The notes under the pieces are model-generated. The model was not told the origin of the DNA. It ran no database searches and was given only the letters and a program-made list of their open reading frames with translations. A stretch of DNA of 64,000 nt, from positions 38,254,001 to 38,318,000 of the forward strand of contig OX597828.1 in assembly GCA_951406725.2 (NCBI GenBank), read 5' to 3'. The first letter of the stretch is position 1; each line of letters starts with the position of its first letter. The DNA is from Octopus vulgaris (lineage: Eukaryota). The position numbers were made by a program, and so were the translations under genes. Below are positions 49,076 to 62,596 of this stretch, one piece after another.

Positions 49076-51478
49076 AATAACTTCACAATATTCTTCTTTT
49101 TGTGAAGATGCTCCACACGTGTAGACTTATAAAATTAAAATATACTTTAAATCATAATTCGTTGGGTGAATAGAGCAGAGGTGCAGGTGTGACTGTGAGG
49201 TAAGAAATTTGCTCCCCAACCACATGGTTCCGGGTTCAAGCTCAGTGAGTGTCACCTTCTACTATAGTTTCATGATGACCAAAGCCTTGTGAGTGGATTT
49301 GGTTGGTGGAAACTGAAATAAAGCTGTCGTATATATGTGTGTGTGTGTGTGTGTGTGTTTATGTGCGTATGTATGTGTGTGTTTATGTGTGCTTCTTTGT
49401 GTGTGTTTATGTGTGTGTATTTGTGTGTGTTTGTGTGTGCTTGTGTGTGCATTTGTGTGTATGTATGTGTGTTTGTGTGTTTATGTGTACTTGTATGTGT
49501 ATGTGTTTATGTGTGCCTCTCTGTGTGTTTATGTGTGTGTGTGTTTATGTATGCTTGTGTGTATGTGTATTTGTGTGCTTGTATGTGTGTATTTGTGTGT
49601 GTTTGTGTGTTTCTGTGCTTGTGTGTGTGTGTGTCTGTGTTTGTATCTATGTCTTCGGTATCTTTGGTGTCTTTGTGTTCACGTCCCTATAACTTAGCGG
49701 TTCAGCAAAAAAGACCGATAGAATGAGTACCATGCTCAAAAAAAAACTCTGCTGCGGGTGATTCATTTCTTTAAATATTTTTCATGGGGAGCCCCAGCAT
49801 GGCCACAGTCTAATGACTAGAACAAGGGATATATCAAGGGATGTTGTTGTTTTGTTATGATTGTTGTTGTTGCTGTTGTCGTCTTGTCACTACTGCTATT
49901 ATTATTGATGTTGTCATTGCCGCCGCCGCCGCTGCTGCTGCTGCCGCTGCTGCTCTAGTCTTTTGTTGACATTTTTGTTGTTGTTGTTGTTGTTGTTATT
50001 GATGATGATGACGATGATGATGACGACGACAACGACGACGACAAGGAAGAGGATAATGTTGTTGTTGTTGTTGTTGTTGTTGTCGTTATTGTTGTTGTTG
50101 TTGTTGATGGTGCCGTTGTTGTTTGGACTCAGTTCAGCTCTGATGGAGCAAACCCATCACCAAAAGATCCTAAGCGGATCCTCGTCTTGTTAGAAGAATC
50201 TAGGAATATAGTTTCTAACATATTGCCCTTCATTAACAAGCAAAAAAACAACCCGGCTGTGCGTGATATGAAAGACTACTGCTTACTTAAGTCCTTCGCT
50301 TCCTATAGACTTTTTTTTTTCTCCGTTTTCAATTCCCTTTTGTATTTTCTACTTCTATCCAGTTTGGTCCCTATCTATTCTTCTCTGCCTCAGCATACCG
50401 CCTCCAGCTATTTTTAGGATGTCTCCCCTTCTGCCAAGGTACCGTGCAGTGAGAATGAGCCCGAAACCACTAGGGTTTTCAAAACGAGTTTCTTAACCAC
50501 ACAGCCATGTCTGTGCCTATCTGTGAATTCTGAATTAAAAGGTCTTGCTTCAACCAATGAAACAAGGAGTATCAAGAATTACTATTCTCAAACTATTCTC
50601 AGTGGCGACGGGCTTCCTGTTTGTACAGACCTCCGGCAAAGGAACCTTCACACGGCAATTTACAAAGACCAAATAATGCTTTGGAATTTGTTCCTCCAGG
50701 CTACCTCTATCTATGGTCTCACTCCTTATGCCCTCAGTGATTCATATTATCCGTGGATGTTATGCTTTACTTGACCCCACCTCCAGGACTCATAAGGTCA
50801 GCTACTCGGTTACCATGACTTATAAGTGACCAAGATCTCAATATTCTCCCTGAACGGGACGCTGAGCCATTACAGGGTTCAAGACAAGTAAATATGAACG
50901 AAGAGGACGAATCGATTACAAAAACCTCAGTACTTGACTGGTATTTTATTTTATCGACCGCGAAGTGGGGAAAGACAAAGTCAAACTCAGCAGAATTTGA
51001 ACTCAGAACGTAAAAAGCCAGAAAAATATACTGGTTTCAAATTTTTAGTACAAGGCCATCAATTACTAGGGAGGGTATAAATCGATCGCATTGCTCTCGG
51101 TGTTCAACTTTTACTTATTATATCGACCACGAAGGGATGAATGGCAAAGTTGACCTCAGCGGAATTTGAACTCAGAACATAAAGAACCGGAAAACATATA
51201 CTGTTTTCAAATTTTAGGAACAAGGAGGGAATAAATCGATTACATTGATCCCAGTGCTCAACTGTTACTTATTTGTATCGACTCCGAAAGGATGACCTCG
51301 GCAGAATTTGAATTGATAACTAAAGACGGACGAAATACCACTAAGCATTAATCACTGTGGTTGTTTGGAACTCTGCATGGTAGCATCATGTAACACTTTA
51401 TCATGCTTAACCGCATCAGTTCGTCGTGGATTACTTTAATCCATTCTGTTATACAAGAAGTATTAGATCTCTGTAACA

Positions 51479-51862
51479 TCTTTATATATAAAAGTGAAGT
51501 TGTGTGTCTGTCTCCTGCGATTTAGATTCCTAACTACTCCCACATTTTGAGGTGCAGTGTAACCAAAAGCGGGTATCTTATAGTCGTGATTCATATCGAG
51601 CCCTTCTGGGTATTAGCGCGCGTCTACGATTTAAAAAAAAACTTACCATCATTTTTTCCCATTTTTAATGCATTTTTAGCTATTATATAAGGGAAGTAAC
51701 TCTCTAAAAATGTATTATTAAATCTCAGAACGTAAAAAGCTACAGTAACACCCCATCCTTTGTGGTTAGCCATATTGAGATGGCTATTATACTTTACATC
51801 TCTAAAATGCTTATATAGTTATTTCCCTTACAAACCCGAGCAATGCCGGGCGATACTGCTAG
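51479..51862 (+). mobile_element. Non-autonomous Helitron
   Basis: Begins a|TCtttatatataaaag, has a subterminal hairpin cccg-agcaatgc-cggg and ends CTAG|t. AT target, no TSD. Confidence 0.88.
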
Positions 51863-52514
51863 TAATATTATAAAGTCTTCCCTAATGATCAGTTGTAATT
51901 AAGCATGCAATTACTCTTGAATCATGCAATGGAGACTTCTAAATAACCACAATGGTAATACGTGCGTAAGAACAAATGATTTAGCCTGCTCGCCATCTTA
52001 CCCACAGAGTTTCCTCAAATATTCTATTCATAGCTTTTAGACTCAGACACACCTTGGCCAACTTCCATGACGTTTCTTTCAGTGCAAAAGACACTCAAAT
52101 AGTTTTCGACAAAAAATATTACGCAGCACAGGTCACCATTTGATGACAACTGACATTTGACTTCATAGACATGGAACAACAACTGAAAAATCACGATTGA
52201 AAATGAAAAGAATAATTTTCTCATATATTTGTCTTTCTATTTATTCTTCTGTTCGTGCATTTATTTATTCCATTTTTTTTTTTAGATCTTTCCAGTTTTA
52301 CTTATTTTCGTTCATTTTCTTTGTTTTCGTTGTTGTTGTTCTTCATCTTCGTCGGTTCAGCCTTTTATCGCCGCTACAAACTAATTATCATAAAATTAAA
52401 CTATACCGTCGTGTGATGCAATTAGATGTGCTGAATGCTAAAAGAACTGCTAAAATAAAAGAATGTGTGACAATTTGATAAGAGGAGTTGATAACAACAG
52501 CAACAACAACAACA

Positions 52515-52639
<125 letters not shown>

Positions 52640-52766
52640 TTGTACTGCAAACACTAACTTACCACTTCGTTAATATCTTAATTATTTTCAAAGAATTTCA
52701 CTGAAAATCGTGATGAAGGCTAAGAGAAAAACATTTCACCTTTTGTTATTAGTTTATTACTACAGC

Positions 52767-52854
<88 letters not shown>

Positions 52855-53293
52855 TTGGAATGTTTACCGTCTCTGTTGTCTTTATGATAAGGAGAAGCGG
52901 TAAGGAATGTCTCTGTTCCATTTTCAACCGACACCACTGCAGGTCAGAATACAAACCTAACACACACACACACATACATGCACATTGAGACATACACTTA
53001 CACAAGCACGTACATTCAAAATATTATTTTATATCTAATACAATATCGTATTTGGTGAATAGCAGTATGTAATTCATTGCCGGACCTTTACGACCAGTAA
53101 TAACTGGTTCATTGCATTACATGTCAGCATCAGAAACAAGGGATTATCTGGATAATTCGGGCAGAACAAATGACATAAATTGTGCAATTTTATTGCGTGG
53201 AGTTACAACTTTCGTCGAAATACATCCGCGAAAGATGCACAAGTGTATAGTAATACACACATACATAGAGCATACACGCTAATAGTTATAAAG

Positions 53294-53327
<34 letters not shown>

Positions 53328-53673
53328 TTATAAAATGTGTGTTTGTGTGTGTGTATCAAAAGAAGAAAAAAGAGATGTTTAAAAATCCAGACTGGTATCA
53401 ATAAGGCAGAGTTTTATATGAATGTTTGGTTTTGGTGTTTCCTAGGGCTAAATAGCATCTTCCCTTTCTTAGGAATGCCTCATTAAGTTGGCAACATACC
53501 ATCACTTTATCGTGCTGCTACTGTATAAATCTCTCTGAGAGATCTAGAAATGTAATATTTATTTACATATATATATATACATACATATATTAATAAAAGG
53601 AATTCAAGCCTTGTCTGATTTTCACTTTTTTTTTTACAATCTTATAATGATATAATATAAGATAATATAAGAT

Positions 53674-53736
<63 letters not shown>

Positions 53737-53751
53737 CTCTACATATGTATA

Positions 53752-54629
53752 CGAGGAGTTACTCAAAAGAAACCGGAATTTTTCACAATATTATCTTATC
53801 CACTTAGTTTTACATGTTTACACTTTTATCGCCTTCAAAATATTCTCCATTTGAAGCAATGCGTCGGTTCAGACACATTTTCCACTCTTCCAAGTAATCC
53901 TGGAAGTCTTGCCTCTATCGATTTTTTTCTTCACGTCTTCCATATTTGCAATTACCGTAGCACCAGCTTTTCTCACCAATGATGACCTTCGAAAAAAACT
54001 CCAGATCAACTCCCAACTGTTCTTTCAGTTCACGGCACGCATTCAGTTGTGACTTTTATTTTTATCTTCCCTGAGCAAGCGAGCCACAAATTTTGCTGTA
54101 ACTGTTTTCATTCGCAATTCCTCGCTCAAAATTCTTTGTCAGGAGCTCCAGGACACACCAGTCTTATCAACAAGTTCGTCAGTTCTTCGGTGACGGTCTT
54201 CCAAAATCAGTTAATGAATTTTCATGATTTCATTTGTTCGGGAGGTCGACGGTTGCCTTGAACGACGTTGGGCTTCAAACGAAAAGTAATCGTTTCGAAA
54301 GTTTCGTAAACTTGTGTTTTGCTCATGGCAGCGTCCTTGTAAGCTATATAAAGCATGATAACTGTTTCTGCCGCCGTTTTCTCCAGCAGAAAACAGAATT
54401 CTAAGGAAGCACGCTGTTCCTTCGTTTCAGCCATCGCAAAAATCGACGAACAAAGTAAAAGCACTGCACACTAAAGACGCGCCAAGTGGCAGTACGACCC
54501 TACAGGACGACACCGGTCGGTAGACTGATGCCTGAGGAATGCATCAAGTGGCTTCTAGCGGCGGAAACCTGAACTACGACGGACTTGTCCCAAATAGAAC
54601 ATTTTAGGTCGCTTTTGGGTACTTCCTGG
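53752..54629 (-). mobile_element. Decayed mariner transposon
   Basis: EQRASLEFCFLLEKTAAETVIMLYIAYKDAAMSKTQVYE (mariner N-terminal HTH). TA-flanked degenerate TIRs cgaggagttactcaaaag / cttttgggtacttcctgg. Confidence 0.85.
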
Positions 54630-54966
54630 TACTTTTATATAGGAGCGTGAAAGTGAGTACCTGACTGGGTGTGCGTGCGTGAGAGCTTCTGTGTGTGTGT
54701 TTGTGTGTGTGTATGTGTGGTGTATGTGTGTGGTGTTATGTGTAAGTGTATGTGGTATGCATGTGTGGTGTGTGTGTGTGTGTGTGTGTATGTGTGTGTG
54801 ATGCGTGCGTGTGTGTGTACGTTTGTCTGGTGTGTGTGTGTGTGTGGTGTATGTGTGTGCGAGCGTTTGTGTGTGCGTTTATGTGCGTCCACATGTGTGT
54901 GTTTGTGTGTGCGTATGCGTGTGCGTGTGGTGTGTGTGTATGTGTGTGTGTGTGGTGTGTGTGTGT

Positions 54967-55025
<59 letters not shown>

Positions 55026-55192
55026 TTTGCCTCTGTAATGTTCGCATGAATGCATGATTGTATATGTGGTTATGCCTAAGATATGCAAAAAATTAGAGAC
55101 GTGTGTATTCGAAAACCTCCAGGCTTGATCAGGTGTCTTGGGTTCTCATTCCTAAGCTATTTATTTTTTAATGTTATTCTTATTATTATTAA

Positions 55193-55286
55193 GGTCACTG
55201 CCTGGAATCGAACGGGCATATGGCGAAGTGGTTAAGAGCGCGGGCTACTAACCACAAGATTCCGAGTTCGATTCCAGGCAGTGACC
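55193..55286 (+). other. tRNA-like segment bracketed by a 21-bp inverted copy of its own 3' end
   Basis: A-box tggcgaagtgg and B-box gttcgattcc. ggtcactgcctggaatcgaac (55193-55213) is the exact reverse complement of 55266-55286. Flanked by TTA/TAA. Confidence 0.75.
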
Positions 55287-55474
55287 CTAATAATAATATC
55301 CGTCAAATATAAATAATGTAAATAATGTACATAGTTCCTCATTTCTTAACTATAGAATTGTATGTATGTATGTATGTATGTATGTGCGTGTATTTGTCTA
55401 TATATCTATATGTATGTATATTTATATATGTGTGTGTGTGTGTGTATAAATATGTATATATACATATATAAATA

Positions 55475-55540
<66 letters not shown>

Positions 55541-55877
55541 TATGTGTGTGTATGTGTGCGTATTTGAGTGCATGTTTATCATAACAATAGAGGGCCTCTC
55601 TCACCTGACATAGTGCTATTCACGACAGCCATGAACATAGCTATCCATACTCTCTCACGTATTGAGTTTTATATGACGTACAGTATATTTCAATACACTT
55701 CCCACACACACTCAAATATAGATAGTGTGTGTATGGATGTATGCAGCCCCGGCATCGGAAACTCTGAGTTTTATTATGACAACCAACTAATTATCACATA
55801 TTATATTTATAGATAAATTCCTCTATTTTACATAATATCGAGGTCTCATTCATTCTTTTGTTGTCATATTATTATTA

Positions 55878-55913
<36 letters not shown>

Positions 55914-56274
55914 GGCAATGAACATAAAAAGAAGGCAAAAATGCAGGGACGAGATTTAAATGCACTCACACACACATACACGCGCACATACACACACACA
56001 CCACACACATACACACACACATACACACACATATGTATTTAATTTGTGATATACCAAGTGCGCTGTATACACATCTACTCATTATTTAAACGCCATAGTT
56101 TACCCCTTATTCAAACACATATTGCAACAGTATTATTTACAAAAATAGTTGCAAATGTCGTATAATACGTTCGAGTATTATTTTGTTTTATTGTTTATCC
56201 ATAATTCGATATGGCGGATAAACGAAAACGTTAACGAATTGCAGCATTGAAAATGGTTAGTACAAAGAATTAAA

Positions 56275-56661
56275 GGGAGGAAGCACTCCGTCAGTTACGA
56301 CGACGAGGGTTCCGGTTGATCCGAATCAACGGAACAGCCTGCTCGTGAAATTAACGTGTAAGTGGCTGAGCACTCCACAGACACGTGTACCCTTAACGTA
56401 GTTCTCGGGGATATTCAGCGTGACACAGAGAGTGACAAGGCCGGCCCTTTGAAATACAGGCCCTTTGAAACAGGAAGTAAGAGTGAGAGAAAGTTGTGGT
56501 GAAAGAGTACAGCAGGGATCACCACTATCCCCTGCCGGAGCCTCGTGGAGCTTTATGTGTTTTCGCTCAATAAACACTCACAACGCCCGGTCTGGGAATC
56601 GAAACAGCGATCCTATGACCGCGAGTCCGCTGCCCTAACCACTGGGCCATTGCGCCTCCAC
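56275..56661 (-). mobile_element. SINE family C with tail 'Y'
   Basis: Same head as 9224-9531. TSD acaaagaattaa at 56262-56273 and 56662-56673. Confidence 0.9.
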
Positions 56662-57172
56662 ACAAAGAATTAAGGGTTATGGTGAAAGCAAATGGTAACC
56701 ACTTTGAATTGTAAATATATATATAAAATATTATCAGTAAATAAACTTAGATAAACTTAGATATGTTTCGACCAAAGATTGGTCCAGGCCATGTCTTAAC
56801 TTAATAGCACCACCTGATAGGATTATTTGAATTCTGTTTAAGTCAAGTTTTGTTTATGGTCCATTCAAGTAGTGAGTTTTTGTTGGGTGAGTTGTATCCA
56901 ATTATGGGTGGCCTATCTGGTACCAACCCCCTAAATTTTCATTAACAAAAACCTAAAAGATTTCATTTTATGATAAAATGAATAATGAGTAAATATCTAT
57001 GCCGCACTCGGTAATACAAAGACACATACACATGCACAGGTGCGAATTCTTTACTAGTAGGAAAAATTAAATAGTCATAAACCATTTTGTTCAACATCAA
57101 ATCGAACGAAAGCCATTCACCCACTAGAAATACACCAAATAACGCAAAATAACATATCCGTACCAGAGAAAT

Positions 57173-57242
<70 letters not shown>

Positions 57243-57336
57243 CATACATATGCATACTTACATAAATATATATACATACATATATATATATATATACATA
57301 CTTACATAGATATATATACATACATACATTTGTATG

Positions 57337-57408
<72 letters not shown>

Positions 57409-58336
57409 TAACCGTAACACGTGCTTGATAACGTTGAGAACTGAAATCGCTTGCACATTTATTAATGCCTACACACAATCTGTGAAATTCCTTCCTAAAG
57501 GTTAGTACCATTCTACTCTCTAAAATGTTCTTTCTTAATCTTAACTTTTTGAAAAAACTTTCTCTAAATATTATAACTGTATCAATTAATTTCCTAGATA
57601 CATATACACATACATGCACATACACATACATAAATGCATGCATACATACATATATACATACATACCTACTTACATACATACATACGTATAAATATATAGT
57701 AGGAAATGGATTTCGTATTAGACTTTCATTATGTGCAATATATGTTCCGACCCATGAATTTGGGTCTTTTCAGGTACATTGATAAAGAAGTCTCACTACA
57801 GATTTTTAGTGTCGGCTGGCTTGTTGTTATATGCCCATCGTGTCAGGGGACGAATAAAAGCAAATAATTTTATAGAAATGCGAAAAAAATAATTCAAATA
57901 TGAGCGTGGAAAACTTGCGTTCAGTTTAGATAAGATGTCCTCATCAGCTTTCAGTGTCATGACTGCTTAAAGGAAAAAGAAACGAGAAGGAGCAAGAAAG
58001 ATTAATACATACATACATACATACATACATACATACATACATACATGTATATACATATATACATACACATATATACATACATACATACACATACATACAT
58101 ACATACATACATACATACATACATACATACATACATACATACATACATACATACGTATATTTAGGACAACAGTAGCAGTAGTAGCAGCTGTTATTGTTGT
58201 TCTTGTCGTTGTTGTAGTAATAGTAGCAGCAGCAGCGCTAGTTAGTGATAAGAGACAAACAAACTTTAGGTTAGTTCATATGTTTGTGATATTTTAACTT
58301 TTAAAGGCAATTTCAATGCAGTTTAACCAGAAATAC

Positions 58337-58388
<52 letters not shown>

Positions 58389-58583
58389 GTATGTGTATGC
58401 ATATATATATATATATACACACATGTATACACACACACTGTTACGGGGAAAAGTTTAACAATGACTTCTCTCAGGCTATTGTTAAAAGACGAGAAAGCCA
58501 AAAATTTTATTTTTATTATTATTATTATTATTATCATTATTATTATTATTATTATTATTATAATCCTCATCATCATCATCATC

Positions 58584-58615
<32 letters not shown>

Positions 58616-59009
58616 TGAGTGAGAGAGCAGTGCATCCCACTCAAAAGGTCCCTGAATAAGGGTTGTTTAAGGATGATGAATGAAACACCCATGTTTCCAA
58701 GGGGGAATAATTCAAACCCCAAAGAATTCCTCTCAACACATGGCTTGAGACTCCCCTACTGCTTCTGCTCATGATCAGAGATGCACATATCGTCAGCTTC
58801 TAAGGGACATGCTGTTTAAGGTGAAGCAACAGACAAGCAAACCTGTGGCATTGGGCAGAATATTTGCTGTAGCCCATCTTTTATACCAACGCAAAACAAT
58901 GTACATGATAACACTTCCAATGAGTTAAGATCAAAAGCCATGAGAACCCGTGCCTGGTACAACATTATTATCACTATCATTATTGTTGTTGTTGTTGTTG
59001 TTTTCATAT

Positions 59010-61090
59010 ACACTAGACTGTTGGAAAATACTTAAACATCATGCTACAAGTGACCTTAGATGCCAAGGAACCTCCTAAGTATCCTAGCAGTCCCTAATAA
59101 CACCGTCTTCTGCAGCTGTACTAAACTGGGTTTTATGCCTATTTCCTCCATTTACGTCTTGTGTCTCCTAACTTATTCGGTTTCCAGGTTTCTATTCTGC
59201 TCAGATTGTGTCTTAAAGTCTTCATCTTATTTTGAAATTTTCCATTTCCACATTTACTCCTTTTTAATCTTTCCCTGTGAGATATCATCTGGTGACTACT
59301 CCCACTCCTGCCTAGATCAATAAATTAGCGCCTCCTATATTTTTAGTATCTATCCTACAGATAACAGAATCTACTTTCCTGGTCATTTCTAGAAGCATCC
59401 TTCTGTTGGTGCCTTTTAATGCTGGCAATCTTTTTTTCTTACCTCTTTACTCATTACTTCCTGCAACTCATCTAAAATTTTCTGTTCTTCTCCACTTAAA
59501 TCCCTTAAGTCACTGGTGCCAGTTATTCCTTCCTTATTGGGAGCGCTATTATTGTTTTTTTTTTTTTCTCTAGGTTTTTCTTTGGTTTGTTTAGTTGTTT
59601 GTCTTTCCTATCGCCTGGTCTTCCAATTATTTTAATGTCTTACCATCTGATCATTAGATGCCTCTGCTGTTGACTACCTGTCCCCTTCTCATGACTAATA
59701 TTACACATTTATCTGTGCCAAATCCTATACCTATATCTTTGCTGAAGAGTCATACAGTCTGTATTAAGGAATCTCTTTTTCATTCTTACTAAAAAGCTTC
59801 AGATCATCCATGTAGAGCAAATGTTTAATTTTTCTCTTACTGTTTCCTAACTGATACCCTGTCTTTACCTTCCTTACTACTCAATTGAGGAGTATCAAAG
59901 ATAAGACAAATATTAAACGGGATAACGAGTCCCCTTGGAAAATTCCTATCTTGATATTAACTTTCCCTAAGACTGTGTCACCCTAGTAGAGATCTACTTT
60001 CCATTTCTTCATGCTAAAGCTAATTAATTCTCTTATGTTGTCTACTATACCGAATATACTCAAACATTCACTTGTCCACGAGTGTGGGATCATGTCACAG
60101 GCTCTCCTATAATCTATCCATGCTATTGTTAGATTTTTCTTTCTAGCTTTTACTTCATTTAGAACTGCTTTGTCTATGCGTTCCTCTAGCTTTCTTCCTG
60201 CAATATTTCTGTTCTTCTGGAACTAATTTCTAGTTGTCAAGGTGCTCATAAATGCTTTCCGAAAGCATTCTTGTTAACAGCTTCTACACTAATGATAAGC
60301 AAGGGATTGGTCTATAATTGCTAGTTGTATTACTCTTGCTTTTATTTTTTATAAGGAGTATTGTCCTCCCTCTATTCATCCAATCTGGTATTATTCCTCC
60401 ATTAGGCAATCCTGAAGTTGTTCCCTTAGCCACCCACGTAAACTACTAAATTTCTTTAGCCGGTATCCTTGAACTAAATCTCGTCATGGGCCCTTCCAAT
60501 TCGGCATTTTTCCTAACACTTTGCTCATTAATGCACTTATTAGTCTTAGATCTGGTTGCTTCTCACTCAGTACGTATTTCCTCACTTTCTGTAACTGCAT
60601 CTCCATTATAATTGAGTGGCTTATCTCAAATATCACTCCAGAACTTTCTAGCTTCTTCTGCATTATGTTTCTCATCTTCAGTAATTCGTTCTCCAACGCA
60701 GATATTGTCTTAGTCTTCACTTTATTTTGTAGTCTCCTTTTCCACATTGGCTCTTCCTTAATTTTTTCTTGTGGATTATGTAACCTTCCGGTGACTACTA
60801 CCCTTCCTGCATAGATCAATAAGCTAGTGTATCCTAGTTTCAATCCTACTCTTACTGATAACGGAGCCTACTTTCCTAGTCATATCTAGTAGCTTCCTTC
60901 TGTTGGACTCTTTTAACGCTGGCAATCTTTTTCTTACTTCTTTGCTCATTATTTCCTACAACTCCTCTATAATCTTCTGATTTTCTCATCTTCGTCATTT
61001 AAATCACTTAAGGCATTGGTGCCAGCCTTTTTAGTATTCTCATTTGTAAGAGCAGTCGAGTTTATTTCAGATATTCTTATTTTAAAAATC
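59010..61090 (-). mobile_element. Decayed R4/Dong-like LINE (RT domain)
   Basis: Minus strand WKRRLQNK, NYRPIPCL, AWIDYRRACDMIPHSW, GIFQGDSLS, HLLYMDDLKL, DIGIGFGTDKC. Confidence 0.88.
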
Positions 61091-61148
61091 ATCTCTGGCT
61101 AGTCGTTGAGAGGACCTTGCTGTTGCTTTGGCGGAGGTTTGCGCGCTC

Positions 61149-61211
<63 letters not shown>

Positions 61212-61507
61212 CATTATTATCATTATTATTATTAAGGCGGCGAGCTTGTAGAAGCGTTACCGCTCCGGGCAAATGCTTAGCAGCATTTTGCCTATCTTTA
61301 CGTTCTGAGTTCAAATTCTGCCGAGGTCAGCTTTGCCTTTCATCCTTTCGAGTCGATAAAATAATTACCAGTTCTGTACTGAGGGTGATATAATCGACCC
61401 ATCCTCTCCCCCAAATTTCAGGCCTTGTGCCTATAGTAGAAAGGATGATTATTATTATTATTACTATCATCATCGCCATTATCATCATCGCCATTATCAT
61501 CATTATT

Positions 61508-61636
61508 AGGCGGTGAGCGAAAGGCGGTGAGCGAAAGGCGGTGAGCGAAAGGTGGTGAGCGAAAGGCGGTGAGCGAAAGGTGGTGAGAGAAAGGCGGTGA
61601 GCGAAAGGCGGTGAGCAAAATGCGGTGGGCGAAAGC
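61508..61636 (+). repeat. 14-bp tandem array (~9 units) derived from the SINE B 5' end
   Basis: (aaggcggtgagcga)n runs directly into gccgggcgaaatgc of a SINE B body. Confidence 0.9.
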
Positions 61637-62552
61637 CGGGCGAAATGCGTAGTGGTATTTCATCTGTCTTCAAGTTCTGAGTTCAAATGCCGCCGGAGTC
61701 GACTTCACCTTTCATCCTTTTGGAGTCGATAAATTAAGTACCAGTGAAACACTAGGGTCGATGTAATCGACTAACCCTCTCGTCTCCACCAAATTTCAGG
61801 CCTCGTGCCTATATTATAAAGGAGGATTATTTGGCGGTGATCTGACAGAATCGTTTGCACGCCGGACAAAATGCTTGGTAGCATTTCGTCTGTCTATGTT
61901 CTGAATTCAAATTCCACCAAGGTCGACTTTTCCCTTCGTCGCTTCGAGGTCGAAATGTCAGGCACTGGCCTCGACATAAGAGACCAATCCTCTTCCTTGA
62001 AATTTCAGGCCTTGTGCCTATAGAAGAGAGAGTTGTTGTTTGTTGTTGTTGTTTTTGTTGTTGTTGTTGCTGTTGCTGTTGTTTACGGTTGTTGAGTTCA
62101 TAGTCGGCTCCTACATGGGAATTATGATCAAAAAGATTCAGGACATGCCCATCCCATGCCACATGTATATATTGAACGACGAATAATGTATCCTGTACTA
62201 CATATCTATTGTCCAGTAAATTTAAAAAAACATTTTTTTCTTCTTTGAGTGAGATTTGGCTGCTATTTTCAGCATGTTAAACGGCGACGTTTCAATTTCT
62301 TACGCGGCCGTGGTTAATATTAGATTAAACGTACTATTGTCGCTGCTAAAATCATTTGTGTGTGTGTGTATGTGTGTGTGCGTGTATGTGTGTGAGTGTC
62401 TGTGTGTGTGCGTGGTTATTGTTGTTGCTATTGCTGTTAAGCATTGCACACGGCTTAAACAGCGCAGGTGGGGCCCAATTAGGATTTTCTTCAGATTGAG
62501 TAGCCCATCCCACTCAAAAATTTAAGAGGGAATAAATATTCTTGTTCGCAAG

Positions 62553-62596
<44 letters not shown>

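Noticed and set aside
55214-55286. Functional tRNA gene
   Set aside because: The acceptor stem does not pair properly and there is no T-run terminator.
61508-61636. CRISPR-like array
   Set aside because: Head-to-tail 14-mers with no spacers, SINE-derived, in a eukaryotic context.
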